This document shows positions 1 to 11,495 of a DNA stretch of 64,000 nt, piece by piece. A program made the translations under genes and the position numbers. This stretch comes from Pecten maximus. Taxonomy: Eukaryota. Each line of letters begins with the position of its first letter. Positions within the stretch are counted from its first letter, which is position 1. Location of the stretch: positions 16,492,001-16,556,000 of the forward strand of contig NC_047016.1 of assembly GCF_902652985.1 (NCBI RefSeq), read 5' to 3'. Under the pieces are notes generated by a model. That model was not told where the DNA came from. It searched no databases and was given only the letters and a program-made list of their open reading frames with translations.

Positions 1-1812
1 TATCATACTCAATACAAGATCCATACTGCTGTGTATGGTGGATATCATACACAACACAAGATCCATACTGTCGTGTATGGTGGATATCATACACAATACA
101 AGATCCATACTGTTGTGTATGGTGGATATCATACATAACACAAGATCCATACTGTCGTGTATGGTGGATATCATACATAATACAAGATCCATACTGCTGT
201 GTATGGTGGATATCATACTCAATACAAGATCCATACTGCTGTGTATGGTTGATATCATACACAATACAAGAACCATACTGCTGTGTATGGTGGATATCAT
301 ACACAACACAAGATCCATACTGCTGTGTATGGTGGATATCATACACAACACAAGATCCATACTGTCGTGTATGGTGGATATCATACTCAATACAAGATCC
401 ATACTGCTGTGTATGGTTGATATCATACACAATACAATATCCATACTGTCGTGTATGGTGGATATCATACACAATACAAGATCCATACCGCTGTGTATGG
501 TGGATATCATACATAATACAAGATCCATACTGCTGTGTATGGTGGATATCATACACAATACAATATCCATACTGCTGTGTATGGTTGATATCATACATAA
601 TACAAGATCCATACTGCTGTGTATGGTGGATATCATACACAATACAAGATCCATACTGCTGTGTATGGTGGATATCATACATAATACAAGATCCATACTG
701 TCGTGTATGGTGGATATCATACATAATACAAGATCCATACTGCTGTGTATGGTGGATATCATACACAATACAAGATCCATACTGTCGTGTATGGTGGATA
801 TCATACATCATACAAGATCCATACTGCTGTGTATGGTGGATATCATACACAATACAAGATCCATACTGTTGTGTATAGTGGATATCATACATAATACAAG
901 ATCCATACTGTTGTGTATAGTGGATATCATACATAATACAAGATCCATACTGCTGTGTATGGTGGATATCATACACAACACAAGATCCATACTGCTGTGT
1001 ATGGTGGATATCATACACAATACAAGATCCATACCGCTGTGTATGGTGGATATCATACACAATACAAGATCCATACTGCTGTGTATGGTGGATATCATGC
1101 ATAATACAAGATCCATACTGCTGTGTATGGTGGATATCATACACAACACAAGATCCATACTACTGTGTATGGTGGATATCATACACAATACAAGATCCAT
1201 ACTGCTGTGTATGGTGGATATCATACATAATACAAGATCCATACTGCTGTGTATGGTGGATATCATACTCAATACAAGATCCATACTGCTGTGTATGGTG
1301 GATATCATACTCAATACAAGATCCATACTGCTGTGTATGGTGGATATCATACACAACACAAGATCCATACTGCTGTGTATGGTGGATATCATACACAATA
1401 CAAGATCCATACTGCTGTGTATGGTGGATATCATACACAACACAAGATCCATACTGCTGTGTATGGTGGATATCATACACAATACAAGATCTGTACTGCT
1501 GTGTATGGTGGATATCATACACAACACAAGATCCATACTGCTGTGTATGGTGGATATCATACATAATACAAGATCCATACCGCTGTGTATGGTGGATATC
1601 ATACATAATACAAGATCCATACTGTCGTGTATGGTGGATATCATACACAACACAAGATTCATACTGCTGTGTATGGTTGATATCATACATAATACAAGAT
1701 CTGTACTGCTGTGTTTGGTGGATATCATACACAACACAAGATTCATACTGCTGTGTATGGTGGATATCATACATAATACAAGATCTGTACTGCTGTGTTT
1801 GGTGGATATCAT
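1..1812. repeat. 42-bp minisatellite (~43 copies, truncated by the window start), in a Drosha intron
   Basis: Unit GTATGGTGGATATCATACACAATACAAGATCCATACTGCTGT. It explains the periodic 14-aa ORFs on both strands. Confidence 0.97.
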
Positions 1813-2066
1813 GTCCGGCCGTCCGTCTGTTTGTCTGTCCTTCCGTCCTTCCATCCGATTATGGAGGATACAGAGCCACATGGCGGGGTCCTTGCTAACT
1901 TGTCGGTGTTCTAGTTATATTAAATAACAAAATTAAAAAAATAAAATAAAACAACAACAACTGGATATTGCCAGTTAACTTTTTAATTTTATTTCTGATA
2001 GTCTAGATATTTTAGAAACTTTTCTACGATGAGTTCTCTATGTATAAAATTGGTTTATTGTTGTAG

Positions 2067-2166
2067 TGTCCACTTATTCTACATGTTTCCCTGGCTGGAG
2101 GAAGGCGGACTGACCACCTACAGGGCGGCCATCGTTCAGAATCAACAGCTTGCTGTTCTGGCAAAG
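2067..2166 (+). CDS. DROSHA: Drosha internal exon A (RNase IIIa domain)
   Basis: ttgtag|TGTC...GCAAAG|gtaatg. Encodes SVHLFYMFPWLEEGGLTTYRAAIVQNQQLAVLAK, matching vertebrate Drosha SVHLYYLFPSLEEGGLATYRTAIVQNQHLAMLAK. Confidence 0.95.
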
Positions 2167-2196
2167 GTAATGTGTTGTGACTACAAACTATCAGCT

Positions 2197-2916
2197 GAAG
2201 TGAGCAGGGTATCTAGTTCAGAAGTGAGCAGGGTCTCTAGTTCAGAAGTGAGCAGGGTATCTAGTTCAGAAGTGAGCAGGGTCTCTAGTTCAGAAGTGAG
2301 CAGGGTCTCTAATTCAGAAGTGAGCAGGGTCTCTAGTTCAGAAGTAAGAAGGGTCTCTAGTTCAGAAGTAAGCAGGGTCTCTAGTTCAGAAGTAAGCCGG
2401 GTCTCTAGTTCAGAAGTAAGCCGGGTCTCTAGTTCAGAAGTAAGCCGGGTCTCTAGTTCAGAAGTGAGCAGGGTCTGTAGTTCAGAAGTAAGCAGGGTCT
2501 CTAATTCAGAAGTAAGCAGGGTCTCTAGTTCAGAAGTGAGCAGGTTTCTAGTTCAGAAGTAAGCCGGGTCTCTAGTTCAGAAGTAAGCAGGGTCTCTAGT
2601 TCAGAAGTAAGGAGCAGGGTCTCTAGTTCAGAAGTAAGCAGGGTCTCTAATTCAGAAGTAAGCAGGGTCTCTAGTTCAGAAGTAAGCAGGGTCTCTAATT
2701 CAGAAGTAAGCAGGGTCTCTAGTTCAGAAGTGAGCAGGGTCTGTAGTTCAGAAGTGAGCAGGGTCTCTAGTTCAGAAGTGAGCAGGGTATCTAGTTCAGA
2801 AGTGAGCAGGTTTCTAGTTCAGAAGTAAGCCGGGTCTCTAGTTCAGAAGTAAGCAGGGTCTCTAGTTCAGAAGTAAACAGGGTCTTTAGTTCAGAAGTGA
2901 GCAGGTTTCTAGTTCA
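2197..2916. repeat. 24-bp minisatellite (~30 copies)
   Basis: Unit GAAGT(G/A)AGCAGGGTCTCTAGTTCA, starting 30 bp after the exon A donor. Confidence 0.95.
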
Positions 2917-3196
2917 TTTCTGAAGTAAAATCTTGCTCCTGGTATATTTCTTAATGGAATGGTGAAAACATTCAACTGGAACTGCTACTAGGCCTGAGGT
3001 AGTCACACATGAATGGTTCAATTATGGCTTGTTAATCTGTATTTTTATATAACATACCATCAATATCATCATATAACATTATAGAGATACATAGACTATT
3101 TGGAGGTCGATAGTGTAAAAACTGAACGGTCCTGTATACAGCTAGTCAGATTCATCTTTACTTGTCTGATCAGCTCATTATCATTTCCTTATCCAG

Positions 3197-3299
3197 AAAC
3201 TCGCCCTACAGAACTTCATGCTGTACGCCCACGGTCCAGACCTCTGTCACGAGTCCGACCTTAAACATGCCATGGCAAACTGTTTTGAAGCTCTTATGG
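3197..3299 (+). CDS. DROSHA: Drosha exon B (RNase IIIa second catalytic motif)
   Basis: atccag|AAA...ATGG|gtaagt. Encodes KLALQNFMLYAHGPDLCHESDLKHAMANCFEALMG; phase 0 in, phase 1 out. Confidence 0.96.
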
Positions 3300-3648
3300 G
3301 TAAGTAGGTTTTACGAACTGTTCTCGCCGATGTTCTGTGTTATGAAACGTGTACATTACAAACATGGTGTTTTTACCCTTTGCATTAATTGAAGAGGCTG
3401 GGAATATTTGATTCAGGTAGCTTGCCTGTCCCTCTGTCTCTCTGTGGACCAGTCTTGTCTAGATAACTCCAGTTTTGTTAAATAATTAATATGAATTTCA
3501 TGAACATCTGATGAACACAGGTATTCACTACACACTGAAGTAGTGTGCCTATATTAACTTTCAATCCTGGTATTTCATAGGGTAATGTTCCCTCTACATG
3601 ATTATTATTGAGTACAATGTATATGTGTTACCCAATATAATCATGATA

Positions 3649-5395
3649 TATCCTCTGTTATACCTCTGTGAGACATACATACATAGATACACCACGGCTA
3701 TCCTCTGTCAGACCTCTGTGAGACATACATAGATACACCACAGCTATCCTCTGTCAGACCTCTGTGAGACATACATACATAGATACACCACATTTATCCT
3801 CTGTGAGACATACATACATAGATACACCACATTTATCCTCTGTGAGACATACATACATAGATACACCACAGCTATCCTCTGTCAGACCTCTGTGAGACAT
3901 ACATAGATGCACCACGGCTATCCTCTGTCAGACCTCTGTGAGACATACATAGATAAACCGTGGCTATCCTCTGTCAGACCTCTGTGAGACATACATAGAT
4001 ACACCACGGCTATCCTCTGTCAGACCTCTGTGAGACATACATAGATACACCACGGCTATCCTCTGTCAGACCTCTGTGAGACATACATAGATACACCACG
4101 GCTATCCTCTGTCAGACCTCTGTGAGACATACATAGATACACCACAGCTATCCTCTGTCAGACCTCTGTGAGACATACATAGATACACCACAGCTATCCT
4201 CTGTCAGACCTCTGTGAGACATACATAGATACACCACAGCTATCCTCTGTCAGACCTCTGTGAGACATACATAGATACACCACAGCTATCCTCTGTCAGA
4301 CCTCTGTGAGACCTACATAGATACACCACAGCTATCCTCTGTCAGACCTCTGTGAGACATACATAGATACACACACCACGACTATCCTCTGTCAGACCTC
4401 TGTGAGACATACATAGATACACCACAGCTATCCTCTGTCAGACCTCTGTGAGACATACATAGATACACCACAGCTATCCTCTGTCAGACCTCTGTGAGAC
4501 ATACATAGATACACCACAGCTATCCTCTGTCAGACCTCTGTGAGACATACATAGATACACCACGGATATCCTCTGTCAGACCTCTGTGAGACATACATAG
4601 ATACACCACAGCTATCCTCTGTCAGACCTCTGTGAGACATACATAGATACACCACGGTTATCCTCTGTCAGACCTCTGTGAGACATACATAGATACACCA
4701 CAGCTATCCTCTGTCAGACCTCTGTGAGACATACATAGATACACCACAGCTATCCTCTGTCAGACCTCTGTGAGACATATATAGATACACGACAGCTATC
4801 CTCTGTCAGACCTCTGTGAGACATACATAGATAAACCACAGCTATCCTCTGTCAGACCTCTGTGAGACATATATAGATACACGACAGCTATCCTCTGTCA
4901 GACCTCTGTGAGACATACATAGATACACCACAGCTATCCTGTGTCAGACCTCTGTGAGACATACATACATAGATACACCACGGCTATCCTCTGTCAGACC
5001 TCTGTGAGACATACATAGATACACCACGGTTATCCTGTGTCAGACCTCTGTGAGACATACATAGATACACCGTGGCTATCCTCTGTCAGACCTCTGTGAG
5101 ACATACATACATAGATACACCACGGTTATCCTCTGTCAGACCTCTGTGAGACATACATAGTTACACCACGGCTATCCTCTGTCAGACCTCTGTGAGACAT
5201 ACATAGATGCACCACGGCTATCCTGTGTCAGACCTCTGTGAGACATACATAGATACACCACAGCTATCCTCTGTCAGACCTCTGTGAGACATACATAGAT
5301 ACACCGTGGCTATCCTCTGTCAGACCTCTGTGAGACATACATAGATACACCACGGCTATCCTCTGTCAGACCTCTGTGAGATATACATACACAGA
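3649..5395. repeat. 46-bp minisatellite (~37 copies) directly downstream of, and overlapping, the cGLR stop codon
   Basis: Unit GCTATCCTCTGTCAGACCTCTGTGAGACATACATAGATACACCACG, with 50-bp variants. Confidence 0.96.
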
Positions 5396-7413
5396 TATAC
5401 TATGGCTATCCTTTCTCTGGCAGTATTCCACTCATGTAATATATCCTTTGATTGTGCTGACTCCCAGTAGGCCCTGATGGCCCTGTGATAGTCTCCGAGT
5501 ATTTGATGACATATCCCCAGGAGAGTGTGAACTATCCAGAAAATCTGTCCCCCCTGATCCTTATCATACTGGACCTGTATCAGGTAGCGCAATGCTTCAT
5601 CACGTCCTCTGGTGTCTCCAAGGTCATGGTGACACAGGAAGTTCAGGAACAGGACGTATGGTAGGGGTGGAATGCTTATAGATCTGTATTCCTTGGACAG
5701 CTCCAAACAGAGATGAGGAAGATACATGTCCTCATGTTCAAAATGAATGGGCTTTGTGTATATTGTCCGGAGTCTCTGTAGTGTACAGCTATTTGGTAGA
5801 TGGTCCTGGTGTCTGTACAATGTGTGTAGTTCTGGATGCATTTCATTATCGTGTCTGAAGTATGATGCTAGTTTCATTACTTGTCTACTCATCTCTAGGC
5901 ATTTATTGAAATTTCCGGTCAGAAAATGAAGAGTTGCCAAATACAGCACATCTGTGCCCATTAAAGCACGAGGGGTCATCCAGTGCTTACATTTCCTCAA
6001 TCTCCGGTACCTTGTCTTGTTGTCTGTAGCAGACCTATTTTCAGATATATCTTTAGAGATAAGTTGTGATGCAAAACATCTGAGGTTGTCTGTTACAAAG
6101 AAATATGTGTGAACTTCGTCAAAATCTGACTTTGATGTAGATAATAAGTATATTGCCGTCCTGGTCATCCTGAGTGAGGGATGGCAATCACGTAATAGAA
6201 CACAAAGAGTTGTCCTATCCTCATCCATAATATTTTCTTGTGCAGTCTTTGGGCATGCAAGCTGAGCTTGTGTTGATATGTCACACAGAACTTCCCATAT
6301 TGAAGGTTTGACAAAGTTTCCTACTGAGAGGCACATCCATTTCATCCGAGAGTAGTTGTCCAAAAGGTCCAGTAGTATTTGTTTATTGTGTCCATGTACT
6401 TTCCTCTGGAATAAATTGTTGGCCAAGATGAAGTAATTGGGACAGAATCCTGTCCTGACCCAAGCAATCAGAATGTTGAAACAAAACCAGAAACAATAAA
6501 AAAGGTGTTTGTCTTGCCAGAACAGTTGGTTAGAATTCTCTATTGCATGAAATAGGATTGTTTTCATGAAGTAAGAGCACAAGATGTCATCATCCCCAAT
6601 GGTTTCTTTCAATGTCTCCTTTATTTGTTTTAAGAAATATTTCAGCAGTGTGTATACTTTGACTTGGATGTGGCTTAGGGAATGAACCAAAGATCTTTCT
6701 GCTGCTGCAAGTGAAATTCTCCATTGTAAAAATGTATCATTCGAACATTTATCTCCAACTGGAACAAGATGGCATCCACTGTTTACAATCTTGTCTATCA
6801 ATGTTTGATGTGGCCATCCATATAGACGAGTACGTGTAATCCATTCGTTAGCTTCCTTTGGCCAACTGTTACATGGAAAACAATGAACCATGTCCACACC
6901 GGTATCGTCCATTCCTGTAAAGGTACTACTAGGTCCATTGGATTCACATTTCAGACCTGACCTGGTAGCATAGTTACTGACACATTCCTCTCTAAAGATA
7001 TCACTGGAAATAAACACGGATTTCCCCATTCTAACTAGTGAATTAGTAAAGGCTTTATACAACAAGCCTTTTAGCTGACCTATCTCTAAATGAACGTAGC
7101 CAGGGCGGCAGTCTGCCTGTCTCATATATAAAATGGTTTTATGTGCCAGGTGTTGAGGAATACACTGATCAGGGTACATTACTGCTATGGTCTTGTCTAC
7201 AACCATTGCATCCATGTCGGAACCCTTTAGTAAACATCCTTCTCCAAAACTTCCAGTGTGAATGCAACATTTAAAATCAGAATTCATCAGCTGTTCATCT
7301 AAGACTACTGCCCTCCTTTTGATGTTAACGATCTCCTCTGTCCCGGTATATCTCCTCTCCAGGTATGTGGACAGAAGCAAAGACATCTGCTCACTCTCCA
7401 CAGAGTTCATCAT
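5356..7413 (-). CDS. cGAS-like receptor (Mab21/MB21 nucleotidyltransferase) with C-terminal TPR-like repeats, 685 aa, uninterrupted CDS
   Basis: NTase motif HTGSFGEGCLLKGSDMD (G54-S55, D66, D68) and third acid VDMV (D174). Mab21 motifs include WP..A.EW..R.R..GWP, HLVPVG, QWRISLAAAERSL, CSYFMKTILF and CPNYFI..NNLF. TPR-like helices: LYLATLHFLTGNFNKCLE and HTLLGICHQILGDYHRAIRAY. A splice acceptor (tttttacag|, ct at 7437-7438) lies 23 nt before the ATG. Confidence 0.92.
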   Translation of the reverse strand: MMNSVESEQMSLLLSTYLERRYTGTEEIVNIKRRAVVLDEQLMNSDFKCCIHTGSFGEGCLLKGSDMDAMVVDKTIAVMYPDQCIPQHLAHKTILYMRQADCRPGYVHLEIGQLKGLLYKAFTNSLVRMGKSVFISSDIFREECVSNYATRSGLKCESNGPSSTFTGMDDTGVDMVHCFPCNSWPKEANEWITRTRLYGWPHQTLIDKIVNSGCHLVPVGDKCSNDTFLQWRISLAAAERSLVHSLSHIQVKVYTLLKYFLKQIKETLKETIGDDDILCSYFMKTILFHAIENSNQLFWQDKHLFYCFWFCFNILIAWVRTGFCPNYFILANNLFQRKVHGHNKQILLDLLDNYSRMKWMCLSVGNFVKPSIWEVLCDISTQAQLACPKTAQENIMDEDRTTLCVLLRDCHPSLRMTRTAIYLLSTSKSDFDEVHTYFFVTDNLRCFASQLISKDISENRSATDNKTRYRRLRKCKHWMTPRALMGTDVLYLATLHFLTGNFNKCLEMSRQVMKLASYFRHDNEMHPELHTLYRHQDHLPNSCTLQRLRTIYTKPIHFEHEDMYLPHLCLELSKEYRSISIPPLPYVLFLNFLCHHDLGDTRGRDEALRYLIQVQYDKDQGGQIFWIVHTLLGICHQILGDYHRAIRAYWESAQSKDILHEWNTARERIAIVYLCMYISQRSDRG

Positions 7414-7621
7414 GGTTGTTATCAGGCTTTGTTAATCTGTAAAAAATAAATAAATAAATAAATAAGTAAATGTTGATGTTGTGGCCCCTGGTTTTTAGTG
7501 GGAGGTTGTGTAAAGGATTAAAGGAAAATTGAAAAAAAACCTCTGTTTTTTAGCAGATGGGTAGTTGTACATACAAGGACATAACTGATAAAATTTGGGT
7601 TTCATCTGTTCAGTTTGTGCA

Positions 7622-8165
7622 TTTTAGCTTGTCTCTTCGAAGAAGAGACGGATTAATAATGTCACCCTGGCGACGAGGTTGGTGTTTTCTAATATAAAGA
7701 TTGCAATGCAATTGTTAAAAGGCATATTGGTATTCCCTCCCTGAGTCAAAGTAAAAGATTTTTTTGTGTAAAAACCTATAGCTACTTTTTGACATATTTT
7801 GGGCAAAAATGTTTTTGGTGCAAGTGTTGAAAGGCATTAACGCATTGCTCTATAACTGTGCTAGGGTACTGATATTTGACATTAGTGTCCCTTCGGAGTT
7901 AGACTATCACATACTGGAGTTGAACTGAAAGATTTTTGGAAATAAAATGTTTTTTGACATGTTCTAGACCATGATTTTTTATGTGAACAAAAGTTTTATG
8001 TTTTTGTTTGAAAGGTTGAAAGGCATTAACACATCACTTTATAATTGAGTCAAACTAAAAGATATTTTTGGGGAAAATCCTGCTTTTTGACATATTTTGA
8101 ACATTATTTGTTATTTATTGACAAACACTTGTGAGACAAGCTATGCTGTTAAAGCTCTTTTGTTC
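7622..8165. mobile_element. Non-autonomous Helentron/HINE-like element
   Basis: Subterminal inverted repeats TAGCTTGTCTC (7625-7635) and GAGACAAGCTA (8133-8143). 5' hairpin GTCTCTTC-GAA-GAAGAGAC, T-rich ends and degenerate internal tandem repeats. Confidence 0.6.
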
Positions 8166-8469
8166 CTTGTCTATTTTACATATTCCTGGTACATTCATGA
8201 TACAATATTGCAGTAGATTTTTTGGTGTTCATATATTTTACATAACTTTTGAAGTGTAAAGTTAAATAAGATATACATGTATACTTGTGTGTGTTAAAAT
8301 GTCCAAAATCTCATAAACTGACCATTAACTTAACTGTCCTTATATTTTATATACTTATGTGTATTTAAAATGTCCAAAATCTAATAAACTCCTCACATGC
8401 CCTAGTAATGCATTGTCTACATGTAATGTGAATTGAAGAGTGCCTGTTTCTGCAGCTTGTCAGAAATAC

Positions 8470-8960
8470 AATTAAATCTTGGATTTCGAGAATTGAAGTT
8501 TGTTATCACTATTTCTTGAAAAGTTCTGTGGGGATATTTCTCAAACTTTATGCGTAGGTTCCCCTTGGTACATAGTTGAGCCTATTTAGTTTAAAGTTTT
8601 GATTAGTAAAAACATAATGGCCGACAGGTGGCCATCTTGGGTTTTGATAATTGAAGTTTGTTATCACTATTTCTTGAACAGTTTCCCTTTGTACCTAGTT
8701 GAGCCAATTCAATTTAGATTTTGGCTTAGAAAAACAAAATGGCCCACAGGCGGCCATCTTTGATTTTGATAATTGAAGATTGATATTGCTTGAAAAGTGC
8801 TGGAGGGATATTCCTCAATCTTCATATGTAGGTTCAACCTTGTTCTTGTTATCAGTTTATTAATAGGATAAGAAGTAGAAGGGAAAAATCAGTCTTGACA
8901 TAGGACAATAAAGATCATTCAATGGTAGTCGTCAAAATCCTTCTGGGATTCTTGTTGGAC
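8470..8960. mobile_element. Degenerate interspersed repeat (Helentron-like), same family as 13430-14242
   Basis: Shares GGCCATCTTG..TTTTGA blocks and the end motif AATAAAGATC.TTCAATGGT...AA.ATC....TGGGAT with the copy near 14190-14240. Confidence 0.5.
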
Positions 8961-10052
8961 GTACAAGTGGACCATGTCGGGTAAGAACTGCCAACCCACA
9001 TGTGACATACAGACAATGACATACAGGGTTTAGTACAGACATTGTTTACCTGTTTACCAGATCAATCAATTTTGAACAATGGATTATTCTACTGATTGGT
9101 AGGGTTTGATTGACTATAACCAGTTTGACTTAAAACTTCTCGAGTTAAAGTTCCTAACATATGTCATCAATGATTAACTTAAAACCATCAATCAACAATA
9201 GATCAATAATCATAACTTACCAATGATAAATAATTGATAAATCATTAATCAATAATCGATCAATAACTAATCAATAATTGATTATTGATCAATTATACTG
9301 ATCAATAATCAATAACTCATCAATAACAATAACATCTCAATATTCGATAACCAATCAATAATTGATCAAAAATAATAAGTAATTGATAACTGATCAATAA
9401 TCAGTCTATAACTGATAATTATATAACCAATTAATTATTAATCATTTAGTAATCAATGGCCAATCAATAAAAAGAAAAGATCAATAATTGATACCAAAAT
9501 CAATAATCATTACCCGATTAATTAATAATTAACCAATGATCCACAACCTATCAAACATCATGATCAGCAACCCATATCAATGATTAAATACCCAATACAT
9601 GTACTTAATTGTAAAATGAAAGCCCATTTTCGGACCTATCCCTTGGACACTAATTAATGAGACTTTTAACAGGTGTACCCATGCACAAGCTTCACCAGAT
9701 TATTGTAGTGATTTTAACTGAAAATTGTTCAGCAACCTATAGGCCTAAATAAAACAGATATATATTAGGGTTGTCTGGTGTCAAAAACATGTTGATGGAA
9801 TAAATATTCAAGAGGAAAGGAGTTTGAACTTGCATTGCATGTATACATAAGACCCATTAAATATTGTACTTTGCATGGTGGGCACCATGATATCGATCAC
9901 TTTTTGAAATAATCATATTTTCTCTAATGCTGGATCTTGATAATGAGCCCATGTGGCTGTTAAGTTATTCTATAGAAAGACGAATACTAGTAATGTTGAA
10001 ATCAGTGGCTCTAAAGATGTGTAATTTTACACCTGATGAAATACTTACCTCA

Positions 10053-11085
10053 GGCTACAACAATGTAGTTATGACGTTAAACTCTCCAGGACGAGAGGCT
10101 ACAACAATGTAGTTATGATGTTAAACTCTCCGGGACCACAGGCTACAACAATGTAGTTATGACGTTAAACTCTCCAGGACCACAGGCTACAACAATGTAG
10201 TTATGACGTTAAACTCTCCAGGACCACAGGCTACAACAATGTAGTTATGACGTTAAACTCTCCGGGACCACAGGCTACAACAATGTAGTTATGATGTTAA
10301 ACTCTCCGGGACCACAGGCTACAACAATGTAGTTATGACGTTAAACTCTCCGGGACCACAGGCTACAACAATGTAGTTATGACGTTAAACTCTCCAGGAC
10401 GAGAGGCTACAACAATGTAGTTATGACGTTAAACTCTCCAGGACCAGAGGCTACAACAATGTAGTTATGATGTACGTTAAACTCTCCGGGACCACAGGCT
10501 ACAACAATGTAGTTATGATGTTAAACTCTCCAGGACCAGAGGCTACAACAATGTAGTTATGACGTACGTTAAACTCTCCAGGACCAGAGGCTACAACAAT
10601 GTAGTTATGATGTTAAACTCTCCTGGACCAGAGGCTACAACAATGTAGTTATGACGTACGTTAAACTCTCCTGGACCAGAGGCTACAACAATGTAGTTAT
10701 GATGTTAAACTCTCCAGGACCAGAGGCTACAACAATGTAGTTATGACGTACGTTAAACTCTCCAGGACCAGAGGCTACAACAATGTAGTTATGACGTTAA
10801 ACTCTCCGGGACCAGAGGCTACAACAATGTAGTTATGATGTTAAACTCTCCAGGACCAGAGGCTACAACAATGTAGTTATGATGTTAAACTCTCCGGGAC
10901 GAGAGGCTACAACAATGTAGTTATGACGTTAAACTCTCCGGGGCGAGAGGCTACAACAATGTAGTTATGATGTTAAACTCTCCAGGACCAGAGGCTACAA
11001 CAATGTAGTTATGATGTTAAACTCTCCGGGACGAGAGGCTACAACAATGTATATATAGTTATGACGTTAAACTCTCCGTGACCAG
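10053..11085. repeat. 44-bp minisatellite (~23 copies)
   Basis: Unit GGCTACAACAATGTAGTTATGACGTTAAACTCTCCAGGACCACA, with 48-bp variants. Confidence 0.96.
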
Positions 11086-11189
11086 AGTTTGTTTGATCTG
11101 GGGCTTACACTTACAACTTGTCCATGACCACAACATTGTATGTCATGTGATTTGGTACTTCTAATGCCTTTGGATAGGCTAATTATTCA

Positions 11190-11495
11190 ATTTCCCTCGG
11201 AAGATTTCTTATAATATTACTTCCGTATCCCAGGGAACATTTCAAATAAAATAACTTAAGTATCCCTCGAAACATTTCATATAAAACAATTAAGCTTTTA
11301 AGTGTATTTCTATATGGAAGTTAAAAATAACTGGGGAGCCTTATATTGTGTCCCCATCAAGTTACGAAGGTCAAGGTCAGTTTTAAAGTAGACTGGTTAG
11401 GAAATCTGCCTTATACTTACATGACTTAGATAATGACAAGTGGGGATTCTCACATGGCCATCACCTAGAGGAAACTTCCCAGGAAATCACCAATT
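11190..11495 (-). promoter_or_regulatory. Candidate immune-responsive promoter/enhancer of the cGLR
   Basis: kB-like GGGGATTCTC (11442-11451), GGAAACTTCCC (11470-11480) and GGAAATCACC (11482-11491); STAT-like TTCCCAGGAA (11476-11485); ETS-like ACTTCCGT (11219-11226). Motif matches only. Confidence 0.3.

Noticed and set aside
35-1927. 630-aa ORF and overlapping ORFs
   Set aside because: Translation of a 42-bp tandem repeat, open on both strands with no domain content.
5356-7413. Bacterial CBASS CD-NTase or contamination
   Set aside because: It has metazoan Mab21 C-terminal motifs, a spliceosomal acceptor upstream, no operon, and sits inside a spliced host gene.
9170-9560. ATCAATA-rich tract as a structured element
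   Set aside because: Low-complexity decayed microsatellite with no regular unit.
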